64,000 nucleotides of DNA from an uncultured Chthonomonadaceae bacterium (GTDB lineage Bacteria; Armatimonadota; Chthonomonadetes; Chthonomonadales; Chthonomonadaceae): positions 416,001 to 480,000 of the forward strand of contig CAWFQB010000004.1 in assembly GCA_963817895.1 (NCBI GenBank), read 5' to 3'. Positions 41,202 to 51,071 of the stretch are shown one piece after another. Both the position numbers and the translations under genes were made by a program. Under the pieces are notes generated by a model that saw nothing but the letters and a program-made list of their open reading frames with translations, searched no databases and was not told the DNA's origin. Positions within the stretch are counted from its first letter, which is position 1. Each line of letters opens with the position of its first letter.

Positions 41202-44200
41202 ATCCTCCTAGCTCTGGATTCGGATTATGCACGCGCCCTAGATAGGACGTGCGGGGGCGCGTGTTCAGGTCGGCAAGCACGCCGTAGTTGTGCGGCTCGG
41301 CTTTCAGTTTCGAGACTTCGCTGTTCGGGTCGTTGATGTTGCCGAACACGATGGCGTTGGTCGGGCACGTCTGCTGGCAGGCGGTTTTTATTTCGCCGTC
41401 CGCCAGGTCGCGCTCCTGCATTTTGGCGGTCTGCCGCGCGATATTGATGCGCTGGACGCAGAACGAGCATTTTTCCATCACGCCGCGCCCGCGCACGGTT
41501 ACTTCCGGGTTGTTGCGCATCTTCACTACAGGAATCTCGAAGAAGTTGGCGTAGTTCAGGAAGTTGAAGCGGCGCACTTTGTACGGGCAGTTGTTGGAAC
41601 AGTATTTGGTTCCGATGCACCGATTGTAAATCATCTGATTCAGGCCCTCGTGGCTGTGAATCGTGGCGGCAACCGGGCAGACGGGTTCGCACGGAGCCTG
41701 TTCGCAATGCTGGCACATCATGGGCTGGAAGTACGTGCCCGGATTGTTGACGTAATCCTCGTGATGCTCCGGGTTCGCTTCGTAATACGTGTCAATGCGA
41801 ATCCAGTTCATGTGCCGCCCGATGAGAACCTGCTGCTTGCCGACAATCGGAATATTGTTTTCGGCCTGACACGCCACCATACAGGCGTTACAGCCGATAC
41901 ACGCGGTTTGGTCTACCACCATGCCCCAGGCGTACGCGCCATACTGCGTGTCACCGGGCTGCGGCCATTTCCACTCTGCCGAGGGGTACATGTTGGGCTG
42001 ATCTTCAGCGCTTTGCCGCCGTTTTCGTTTTTGATGGCGAGGTTTTCTTCGCGGTTGGGCGTTTCGGTGTTTGTCCGCGCCCTTTTCGCCAACCTGTCCC
42101 TCACCCTCTTCGGGCGCGAGGCTTGGGCGGCGCTTGAATTCCGCGATGCTGCCCACGCGCACAATGTCGCGCCCGTACATCGTCTGATGGTGCGTGGTCA
42201 CGGCAAGCGGGTAGGTATCGGATAGCTTCTGCACGTCGGCGGCGAAGTGCCAGGGCGCGGACGTGGTAAACAGATTATAAGCGTTGTAGCCGATGTCGTT
42301 GCCGATACTGCCTGCCCGCGTCCGTCCATACCCTAAAAACAGGTTGATGGTATCGTCAGGTACTCCCGGCTGAATGATGACCGGCACTTTTTCCGTTCGG
42401 GACGTACCGTTGGCATCTTTGAACGATACCTCAATAATGTCGGACGGGTGCGCGTAATCGGTATCTAACTGAATATGCAGTTTGTTGGCCGTGTTGATGT
42501 TGATGTACGCGGCGTTGTCCCACGTCACTTTCACGAACGGCTTGGGCAGTTCTTGCAGCCAGCCGTTGTTGCTGTGCCGTCCGTCCCATATATGCGGGTC
42601 GGGGCGCATGGTGATTTCAAAGCCATTGCCGGACGCGGGCGCAGCAGGCAGGGCGGCAATCGCGCCCGCCGCAACCGTAACGGTTCGCGGCGCGGCAGCC
42701 GTGTTCAGGATCACGCCGTCGTGCAGCAGTTTGTTGAAATCGAAGGTTCCGGTCGTGTTCTGGCTTGCCCAATGCTCCTGCACAAGCGCGTAACCGTCGC
42801 GCGGTTCGCCAATCAGCCCGGAAAGAACTTCATGCGCGGACTTGTTGCCGTAAAGTGGTTCGATGAGCGGCTGAATGATGGACGCGGTTCCGTCATAAGC
42901 GCGAATGTCGCTCCACGCTTCCAGAAAATGGGTTTCCGGCAGATGCCACTGGCACAACTCGGAAGTCTCGTCCTCGTACAATCCTAAATGCGCGCGGAAA
43001 GCGGGCTTGCGTATTTGTTCGCGCAGTCCCAAATCTTTCGGCGCGTTGTAAACCGGGTTGCCGCCCAGAATCAGCAGCACATCCACTTTGCCTGCGCGCA
43101 GGTCGCTCGTCAACTGCACAAGGTCCGCGAACTGGTTGGTCGGCGCGGCTTCTACCGGGTCGGTATGGGTTACGGATACGCCCGCGCTGCCCAATGCTTC
43201 GTTAATGGCATGGGCGAGAACGTGTACAGCGGGAGATTGGAAATCGCCGGGAATAACCACGCTGGAACCATGCGGCGCGGATTGCAGGTCTTTCACCGCC
43301 GCTGCGACAAACTTTTGCGTACCCGCGTCCAACGCGCCTGCCGTCATGCCCGCCACGCCCAAGCCTGCGGCAATCGCGCGGGCAATGGGTTCAATCTGGC
43401 TCGGCTTCATGGGCAATTTATGGTCTGCCATTGCCCCGGTAATGCTCGGCGAACACTCCACAACGTACAGGCGGCTCATGTCCCCTTCCGAAGTGGCGCT
43501 GCGAACGCGCCGCCCGTTGATGAAGTCGCGGGCATAGCGGACGCTTCCGGGCATGGACATCAAAAAGTCGGCGTCCAGCGACAGAATACGCTTGGCTTTA
43601 TCCAGATTGTAAATCGTGTTGACGGGAGTTCCGAACGCCAGCCGCGCGCCCTCTCGAACGTTGTCGCGCCCCGCCGGTTCGTACTGTACCCAACGGGCAT
43701 TAGGATACTGCGCCAGCAGGTTTGTCATCTGCGCGGCAAGGGTGGGGGATGTAATAGTTTCCGTCAGAATACGGATACCCGCGCCGCCCGAAGCCCGCTG
43801 CAAAGCGAACGCGCCCCGCGCTTTGTCAAAGAACTCTTTCCACGAACTCACTTCATCCTGACTGGTGACAACCTGCGAACGGTCAGGGTCGTACAGCGGC
43901 AGAATGGAAGCCTGTCCAAGCGCGTCCAATCGTCCCAGACTTGCCGGATGGTCGGGATTGCCCTCCATCTTGATCGGGCGGCCTTCCCGTGACGTGACAA
44001 GCGAACCCACGCCGTACCCGCCGATGCTCGGAATGGCGGTGGCATACACCATTGGGATGCCTTCGATGACCTCTTCGGGCTTGCGCACGTAGGGGACGAG
44101 TTTCTTCTGTTCCTTGTAGCGGCAGCCGCTCAAACCCGCGAGGGCCAGCGACGCCCCGGCAAGCGTCAGGAACTGGCGGCGATCCATGTGCATACCCGCC

Positions 44201-44353
44201 ATGCGCGTGGTTTGCGGAATCTCGTCGGCCAGAAACTCCTGCGTGTCCTGCGTTGCCCAGCAGTTCGCCCAACGTGCGCCAGTACTGCTTGCCCCGCGCG
44301 CCCGATAGCCGCGCCCGGATAGCGTCCATATTTAAGGGGTTGTTGTTGTTCAT
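41200..44353 (-). CDS. actB: Alternative complex III subunit B (Tat-exported molybdopterin-oxidoreductase-like + Fe-S domain); frameshift near 44258
   Basis: YWRTLGEL N-terminus, DRRQFL, EGRPIKMEGNPDHP, CIGCNAC..AC, CQHCEQAPCEPVCP, CIGTKYCSNNCPY, KCSFC. Confidence 0.93.
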
Positions 44354-44366
44354 GGTTGGCTCAGGA

Positions 44367-44504
44367 GTAGATAGGTAGATGGGTAGATGGGTAGATGGGT
44401 AGATGACATGACTGGACTCTACCTTTCTGCCGCTATTCGCCTGCATCCACATAACGCAAGCGCATTTTCTACCTATCTACCTGCCTACCTATCTACCTAT
44501 CTAC
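44367..44504. repeat. Inverted repeat of tandem 8-mers GTAGAT(A/G)G / CTACCTAT between actA and actB
   Basis: About 5 units in each arm with a spacer of about 65 bp. Confidence 0.88.
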
Positions 44505-44505
44505 C

Positions 44506-45276
44506 TTACCGGTGGCATATCCAACAGTCGGCAAGTTGCTGCTTCTTGACGCGGTATTTCGGGATCAGTTGCTGCGCGGTTTCGGTTTCGGCGTCGTTGT
44601 TCATGTACGATCCGCCTTCGGCGAGCGCGTACTGGCGCGGCGTCAAACCCTCCCGTTTGGGGTCGTTCTCGTCCTTGCCGCTGGAATCAACCGCGTAGCC
44701 GAAGCGCTGAATGTCCTGATACAGTTTGAAGACGTTTTCGCGGGGCTGAATGAACTTCTCCGGCTGGCGGTGGCAGTTTAAGCACCACACCATAAAGAAG
44801 GTTTTGCCCTTGTACACCATCATCATCTTCTGAATGGGGCCGTGACAGTAGTTGCACGAAACGCCCCGGTTGATGTGAATGTTGTGCGGGAAGTAGACAA
44901 AATCGGGAACGGCGTTCACGTTGTTCCAAAGCAGGGGCTTGCCCTCGGCGTAGCTTTTGCGCGCGGGATCGAGCAGGGGGCTGTCGGTCCAGATTTGCGA
45001 GTGGCATGACATGCACACTTCCGTTGCGGGCAGGGGAGAGTACGAAGACTTCTCCACGCCGCCGTGACAATAGCGGCAGTCAATGCCCAGTTCGACGGCA
45101 TGATGCTCGTGGCTGAAGGGAATCGGCTGCGGCAGGGGAACGCCCACTTTGGTATTCAGGGGCAACCTCGACACGCCGGTCGCGATCAGCAGCGTCGCGC
45201 CGGGGCCGAGGACGCCGAAAACCAGCAGGCTTAATCGCGCAAGCACATTGGTTGCGGGGTGAAAAATTTGAGCCAT
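44506..45276 (-). CDS. actA: Alternative complex III subunit A (pentaheme cytochrome c)
   Basis: Five CxxCH (CRYCH, CMSCH, CNYCH, CLNCH, CWICH), QPIPFSH. Confidence 0.95.
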   Translation of the reverse strand: MAQIFHPATNVLARLSLLVFGVLGPGATLLIATGVSRLPLNTKVGVPLPQPIPFSHEHHAVELGIDCRYCHGGVEKSSYSPLPATEVCMSCHSQIWTDSPLLDPARKSYAEGKPLLWNNVNAVPDFVYFPHNIHINRGVSCNYCHGPIQKMMMVYKGKTFFMVWCLNCHRQPEKFIQPRENVFKLYQDIQRFGYAVDSSGKDENDPKREGLTPRQYALAEGGSYMNNDAETETAQQLIPKYRVKKQQLADCWICHR

Positions 45277-45774
45277 CAATACGCTCCGGGCTGCCATGCG
45301 CGGTCAACACGGCGTCACGCGACGCTTGTTACCGGCACGGGGAATTCAGTTCTGAATGAACACGCGCAACAGGCGCTTCAACGAATTGGACGGCACACGT
45401 CTAACTTACTTAATCGGGGCAGGTTTGGCAGCAATTACGCGCTGTACGCGGGATGGTTCCCCGTCTTAGCCTGCCAATTCCGGGCTAACCTTTTATCATC
45501 ATTGGTATTTTTACGAGCGGCTTGCAGATTCCTGCCGCATTTCAGGGACTTTCAGCAAAAGTTTGTGTTTTTTTTCACGATGCCTGCGCTACCAGTCTGC
45601 TCTTGAGCCTTGTTCGCGAGTTGAAGCCCGCGAAAAGTATTTCTGCTGTCATCAACAAGATTGGGAATTGCGCGATTGTGGAGCGGGTCAGGCAGGTTCA
45701 GTATGTAAACTGTGTCCGCAGTATACCCTCTCCCTCTTGTCTTTGTCTAGGGCTATGCCGCTCAAAGAATGTTC

Positions 45775-45798
45775 GTAGGGACACAACATGTTGTGTCC
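45775..45798. repeat. GTAG-type REP palindrome
   Basis: GTAGGGACACAACATGTTGTGTCC, near-identical to 29581. Confidence 0.75.
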
Positions 45799-45814
45799 TC
45801 TGCTGTACGCCACG

Positions 45815-46834
45815 TCAAGGTGTCAGTACATTATGATCAATCGCCATCACGAGAAATAGCGCGGCCAGATAGATCATCGAATAGTGAAACAGGTGCGACG
45901 CCTGCGGGCGTTCCGGCTTGTGATACAGTTTTATCGTATAGGATACTAGAAACACGTTCAGAAGTCCCGCGCCCGCAAGGTACAGATAACTCGCCTGATG
46001 CTGCGCGAACGGCAGCAGGGTCACGGCAATGGTCATCGCCGTGTAGTAACTGATTTGTCGAACCGTGACGCGCTCGCCGCGCACGGACGGCAGCATCGGA
46101 ATGCCCGCTTTGGTGTAATCCTCTTTGAGCAGGATCGCCAGCGCCCAGAAGTGTACGGGCGTCCAGACAAAGATGATGGCGAACAGCGTCCATGCCAGCG
46201 GGTGCATCGCGTGCGTTACCGCTGTCCACCCGACAAGCGGCGGGAACGAGCCTGCCGCGCCGCCCCACACGATGTTTTGCCACGTCCGGCGTTTCAAAAT
46301 CAGCGTGTACACCACCACATAAAAGGCCAGTCCCGCAAACGCGAACAGGGCGGATTGCAGGCAGCCGAAATGCCACAACAGGCCAAAGGATAAAACCGCA
46401 AGCGTCAGCGCGAACAGCAGGGCATTGCGCGACGTGATAAACTGCGTGACGGTCGGGCGTTTGGCGGTTCGCGCCATGCGCCCGTCAATATCGCGGTCAA
46501 TCACCATGTTGATCGCGTTTGCCGCGCCTGCCATCATGTAACCGCCGATAGCAACCGCCATAAACAGCGCGAAACCGACCGGATGCCGCGCGTCATTGGC
46601 GATATACATGGCTGCAAGCGTGGTGAACAGCAGCAGGCTGATAATGCGCGGCTTGGTCAGCGCGATATAGGCGTTGATGGTTCCACGCAGGGACGGCGGC
46701 GCGAGAACATGCGGAACCGTCACTTCCGGCGTCATGCAGGGCGTGGTTTCACTTGCGACAACGGCTTCGCGCAGTGGCGAACCGGCAGTGGCAAGCGTGT
46801 CTTTGGTCAGGGTGTCAACGGTCGAAATCTTCAC
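45815..46834 (-). CDS. ctaB: Protoheme IX farnesyltransferase (heme O synthase)
   Basis: LTKPRI, DRDIDGRMARTAKRP, LKRRTWQNIVWGG, WTPVHFWALA. Confidence 0.95.
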   Translation of the reverse strand: MKISTVDTLTKDTLATAGSPLREAVVASETTPCMTPEVTVPHVLAPPSLRGTINAYIALTKPRIISLLLFTTLAAMYIANDARHPVGFALFMAVAIGGYMMAGAANAINMVIDRDIDGRMARTAKRPTVTQFITSRNALLFALTLAVLSFGLLWHFGCLQSALFAFAGLAFYVVVYTLILKRRTWQNIVWGGAAGSFPPLVGWTAVTHAMHPLAWTLFAIIFVWTPVHFWALAILLKEDYTKAGIPMLPSVRGERVTVRQISYYTAMTIAVTLLPFAQHQASYLYLAGAGLLNVFLVSYTIKLYHKPERPQASHLFHYSMIYLAALFLVMAIDHNVLTP

Positions 46835-47780
46835 TCGGGTAAAACCTTTGCGCCAGCGTGGAGGCGCTTAACAGAACCATGACAATCCACAGTAAATCTG
46901 CGAGCAGGAGATGCAGCAACTGCATTCCAATGGGCGTGAGCGTGACAACGTTGAGAAATCCCACCGCGATGTTGATGCCAAATAGTATTACGACATATCG
47001 GGCAAATCGCTGCGTATCTACCGTCGGGCGAAGGCGGACAGCGGCGCGGGCAACGAACAGGGAATAGATGCCGACCGCAATGGCAATGGGCGGATGCAGC
47101 AATCTCAGGCGAATAATCAGATGCGCGCCGGGGTTCAAGTCCTGCTGTAACGCGGCATAGAGATTATTGGCGGGGTACAGCGTGTCGCTCAGGGCGGTAA
47201 TCGCGCCCGTCACCGCCAGAAACAGCGTTGCAATCAGGCCGATGCCAAGCGCGAGGCCGAGCGTTCCCGAATGGCGAAAGGAGAAGCGGGGCCGGCCGCC
47301 GCTCCACCAGGCGGTGAGCGCGAGACACATCAGCAGCACAAAGGTATTGACAAGGTGCAGTGACATCATCACGACGCGGGCGGCGGATTCGTTCCCGGCC
47401 ACCAGTCCGAACAGCACCAGAATTGCGCCGAACGCGGCTTCCGTGAGCGTGAACAGCAGGGACAGGTTGACGCCGAGCCGAACGGGATGGAAACGGGGAA
47501 ACACGCGGTACGCCCACACAACCAACAGTCCGATGAGCGGCAAAATCAGTCCGGTTGAAACGCGATGGGAAAACTCGACAAGGGTGGCAAGCCGCTGAAA
47601 CGCGGGAATCAGATGCCCGCCACAGAACGGCCAGTGCTTGCCGCAGCCGTCGCCCGATCCCGAAGCGCGAACGACAGCGCCCCACACGACGACAAACAGC
47701 ATGTACACCAACACGCCCCACGCATACTGCGGAAACCGAATTCTGGCAAGTGTCTTGACACGCAACAGGTATGCCCCCAC
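46815..47780 (-). CDS. ctaA: Heme A synthase (COX15/CtaA family)
   Basis: GAVVRASGSGDGC..WP.C, EFSHR, conserved His residues in TM helices. Confidence 0.9.
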   Translation of the reverse strand: MGAYLLRVKTLARIRFPQYAWGVLVYMLFVVVWGAVVRASGSGDGCGKHWPFCGGHLIPAFQRLATLVEFSHRVSTGLILPLIGLLVVWAYRVFPRFHPVRLGVNLSLLFTLTEAAFGAILVLFGLVAGNESAARVVMMSLHLVNTFVLLMCLALTAWWSGGRPRFSFRHSGTLGLALGIGLIATLFLAVTGAITALSDTLYPANNLYAALQQDLNPGAHLIIRLRLLHPPIAIAVGIYSLFVARAAVRLRPTVDTQRFARYVVILFGINIAVGFLNVVTLTPIGMQLLHLLLADLLWIVMVLLSASTLAQRFYPSEDFDR

Positions 47781-47888
47781 TCAAAGGACAGAAGTTAAAG
47801 AAGGATAAACACTTATCCCTTTCCCCTTACCTCTTATCCCTTCCATTGTACCCCGCATTTTCGCTGTTGCCTAGTCTACGAACGAAGG

Positions 47889-47906
47889 TTGTGAAAAATT
47901 GCACAA
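47889..47906. promoter_or_regulatory. Rex-like operator upstream of ctaA
   Basis: TTGTGAA-AAAT-TGCACAA vs consensus TTGTGAA-N4-TTCACAA (1 mismatch). Confidence 0.6.
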
Positions 47907-47994
47907 ACAAAGGAAAGGAAAAAGGAGAAAGGGAAAAGGAAAAAGAAACGAAAGGCTACTGTGTCCCTGTCTCCCTGTCTCCTCTTCTCCTTTT

Positions 47995-48954
47995 CTACTT
48001 CTTGTTCTTGCGGCGGCGCAGGAATGCCGCGCCGGTTACGAACAGGCCGGATAGGAAGGCAACGCTGGAGGGTTCCGGCACGGGGGGAGCAGCGGGCGCA
48101 ATGAAGCCCTGTACCACGAGGACTCGGTTTCCTCCGCCGAACGTGGAAAATACAAAATCGCCTGTCAGCGGATCAATCACGGCGCCTTCCGCTCCGCCAA
48201 GGCCGGTAATAAAGTCTCGGCGTGACGCGACATTCAAATCGCCTGTGGCCGTGACGTCATAGGCTCCAACAGTGCCGGAGCCGTACTCTGACAGCAAGGC
48301 GCTGTCGCCTGCGAAATCCGCGTTGCCGCCTGCGACAAAGGCGATACCTTCCGGCCCACGATTGGGCTGGCTTTGCAGCGTGGCTCCGGTAATGTCGTAA
48401 GTGCCGGTTCCATCCGACGACAGCGTGGCGCTATACTGGCCGCCCCCGCTGTAGGAGAGGATTTTGAACCCGCCTGCGCCTCCGAATCCCGCAGGCACGA
48501 AGTTCAGCGAGCCGACCGAGGAGGTCACGCCGGACAGAGAGACGATTTTGTCCGGGCTGCTGCTGCCCGGTTTGATCTCGCCGATTTGATTGTTTGGAAA
48601 GGCCGTGTAAAATAACACGCCGCCCGGACCATACGCCAATCCGCCATCAATGTTGGGCGCAGTGGAAAACAGCGTGGCGCTGCCGGAAAAACCTGTGATG
48701 TGGTTGCCACTGCCGCGCACGACGTTCACGGAATAGATGCTCCCGGAACCATTGTTGGCATTTCCCCCGATGAGGAGGCTATTGGTATTGCCCGCCTGAA
48801 AGACAAGGCCGCCATAAGGCCCCGGCAGTCCTGAAACCGAGCCAACATTTGTCAGTGTGTAATCGCTTGCGAAGGGTGCCGAAAGCGTTTGCGCGTGAGA
48901 CGTAGCGGCAGTCATCAAGAGCAACACTGCCAATCCGAGTGTACGATGACGCAT
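47995..48954 (-). CDS. PEP-CTERM surface protein
   Basis: Signal peptide (SHA-Q); VPEPSSVAFLSGLFVTGAAFLRRRKNKK. Confidence 0.93.
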   Translation of the reverse strand: MRHRTLGLAVLLLMTAATSHAQTLSAPFASDYTLTNVGSVSGLPGPYGGLVFQAGNTNSLLIGGNANNGSGSIYSVNVVRGSGNHITGFSGSATLFSTAPNIDGGLAYGPGGVLFYTAFPNNQIGEIKPGSSSPDKIVSLSGVTSSVGSLNFVPAGFGGAGGFKILSYSGGGQYSATLSSDGTGTYDITGATLQSQPNRGPEGIAFVAGGNADFAGDSALLSEYGSGTVGAYDVTATGDLNVASRRDFITGLGGAEGAVIDPLTGDFVFSTFGGGNRVLVVQGFIAPAAPPVPEPSSVAFLSGLFVTGAAFLRRRKNKK

Positions 48955-49028
48955 GATGAAACTCTCCTTTGTGAGATCATGAGTTCAAGAAACAACGATA
49001 TTCAACAGACTACCATTAAAATATGTAT

Positions 49029-49045
49029 TGCAAGATTCATGCCAA
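49029..49045 (-). promoter_or_regulatory. Sigma-54 (-24/-12) promoter
   Basis: Minus strand TTGGCATGAATCTTGCA about 75 bp upstream of the PEP-CTERM gene. Confidence 0.78.
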
Positions 49046-49225
49046 TCTGCTACTTGTGCGCTTTGTGACGTAAAATATACCGACTTTTTTTCGATACCGG
49101 TAAAATTGACGGGACATTATCGTTGTTTCGTCTGCTGTCTGGGCTGTGGATGGCGGTTTGGGAGGAAACCTCCGGTGCAATGACGAACGCACAGGCATCT
49201 TACAAGATTGGGAGAAACGAACTCT

Positions 49226-49392
49226 GTGGATGTGTTAAAACCGCTTTGTGAAACCTATCTGCGCGAACTGCGGGATCAGCGCAATCAATCCAACAGCACG
49301 GACGAACTCTCGTACCGGGACTATCCGGGCAAGTTCCTGCAGGGGGTGAAAGACGCGCCTAGCAAACCGGCGGATTTCACCGGCGAAGCCAA
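49226..49392 (+). pseudogene. Possible N-terminal remnant of a type IIG/ISP-like restriction-modification enzyme
   Basis: YLREL....STDELSYR...KFL resembles the start of such enzymes; the ORF then runs into antisense of the next gene. Confidence 0.4.
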
Positions 49393-49884
49393 TCAGGGTT
49401 CTTCGGTTTCGGACTGCTCTTCCAGCATAGCTTCCAGTTCCGCCAGTGCTTCAAGGTCTTTGGGACGCCCGACCGCCCGCTTCACAAAGATAAGTCGATC
49501 CAGTCCGAGACAATGGCAACGCACTCCAAAAACGTCGAGAACAACACTGTACGCCAGCAAATCTTCGTACCCGCCGCCTGCCGTGATCTCGCCCAACAGG
49601 TCAATTTCACCAAGCGTGGTGGTCAGTGTGAAATTCAGCCCGTTGCGAATCGTTTGCCCCTCCAGATGAAACGGCAGACCCGGCGGCATTCCGCGCAAAT
49701 AGGGTTCATAGGGGGCAAGCGCGGCAGCCAGGCGATTGGCGTTTTCCGAGTCCCGACGGTACACAATATCAAGATCAAGTGTCAGTTGGCTGGCTCCATG
49801 CGCGGTTGCCGCCGCGCCGCCAATGATAATGTACTCGACACCGCCCTCCGTCAGCGCCTGTAAAAGAGCGCGAAAGTTGGTCAT
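49393..49884 (-). CDS. Nucleotidyltransferase-fold protein
   Basis: YIIIGGAAATAHG...TLDLDI, LI.VKRAVGRPKD..A. Confidence 0.8.
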   Translation of the reverse strand: MTNFRALLQALTEGGVEYIIIGGAAATAHGASQLTLDLDIVYRRDSENANRLAAALAPYEPYLRGMPPGLPFHLEGQTIRNGLNFTLTTTLGEIDLLGEITAGGGYEDLLAYSVVLDVFGVRCHCLGLDRLIFVKRAVGRPKDLEALAELEAMLEEQSETEEP

Positions 49885-50069
49885 GGTCGCCGCCGCGCTT
49901 CGCGTCCGGCGCGTTGTAGCTCTTCCGCAAAACGTTGGAGTTCCATCAGACGCTCGAAACGCTCTTCAACCGTGCGCTTCATATTTTCTCGAATCAGCGT
50001 TCGGTCTATGTCCTTCTTGTAGGCTTCGATGACGGGATCAGGGGGAAAGGGAAACGGTTGTTTTGCCAT
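49881..50069 (-). CDS. Small helical protein coupled to the nucleotidyltransferase (putative TA partner)
   Basis: 62 aa, DIDRTLIRENMKRTVEER; ATGA overlap. Confidence 0.7.
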   Translation of the reverse strand: MAKQPFPFPPDPVIEAYKKDIDRTLIRENMKRTVEERFERLMELQRFAEELQRAGREARRRP

Positions 50070-50241
50070 GCGCTTTGTTCTCTTTTCCTGCGGTTCTTTG
50101 TCCGCAATGAAGTAACGGCAATATACCCGACTCCGGGCTAAAGTTCGACTCTAGTTCAATAATCCTGTTCCATCCTGAAAATCCTGTTAATCCTGTCTAT
50201 TTCCCTTTGCCTTATTTTGGCACAACAGCAAAGCAAAATTG

Positions 50242-51036
50242 TTACTGTTTAGCCCCGGCTTGCCGGAGCAATTGTTTGATTTTGCGCCGAATGACGGGAT
50301 TGTCTATCCTATCCGCGTGAGTCCATGCAGTGTTGTTGGGAGCCGGATTATTGACATCCACTTTGTGGGCGATAAGCAGGGCCACCATAGCCGGATCATT
50401 GGCGCCAATGGCATACGTCAGGGGTATTCCACCCTGCCGATTGCTGTGATTGACATCGGCTCCGCGTTCGAGCAGCAGGCGGGCTATCTCTAAATTTCCC
50501 GCGCCACACGCTTGCGTGAAAGGCGTGTCGCCCGCTCCATCACTGGTGTCCACCCACGCGCCCGCGTCCAGCAAAGCCCGCGCTATTTCGACGTTGTGGG
50601 AGATCACCGGCCCCATCAGCAGCGGATCATCTATGCCGGAACTTAGCAGTAGATTGTTGGGGTTTGCTCCGCGCTGTAACAGCGCTTTGACAAGCCGGAT
50701 GTTGTCGTGATCCACTGCCAGCGGCAGAAGCGGCTCGTCCATATAAGGAGTTTGCGGCTGTCGAAACTGCTCCCACCGCCATCTGAGCCATGCTCCCATC
50801 GCGTGTGGCGGTTCGGGGGAGTAGAAGGGCAACGCGACAGTCATTTTCGCGTCGCCCCCCTCTTGCAGCGCAAGCAGAGCCGCTTCCGTGTTATTGTTTG
50901 TGACCGCTTCCAGCAGCGCGCTGTTGCGTTGTTCTTGTTTGCGATCTCGCCACATCTGCGCGGCAGGCATGGCGGCCAATGCCGCCAAAAGGCCGCAGAC
51001 GAGGAGAACACTACGGGAGGGCCAGAAGCGTCTCAT
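50242..51036 (-). CDS. Ankyrin repeat protein with N-terminal hydrophobic segment
   Basis: Repeats LLQRGANPN, LLDAGAWVD, GDTPF..A, LLERGADVN. Confidence 0.88.
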   Translation of the reverse strand: MRRFWPSRSVLLVCGLLAALAAMPAAQMWRDRKQEQRNSALLEAVTNNNTEAALLALQEGGDAKMTVALPFYSPEPPHAMGAWLRWRWEQFRQPQTPYMDEPLLPLAVDHDNIRLVKALLQRGANPNNLLLSSGIDDPLLMGPVISHNVEIARALLDAGAWVDTSDGAGDTPFTQACGAGNLEIARLLLERGADVNHSNRQGGIPLTYAIGANDPAMVALLIAHKVDVNNPAPNNTAWTHADRIDNPVIRRKIKQLLRQAGAKQ

Positions 51037-51071
51037 TATAAAGCAAGTCTCCTTTTCTCGTCTTTTCCGGC

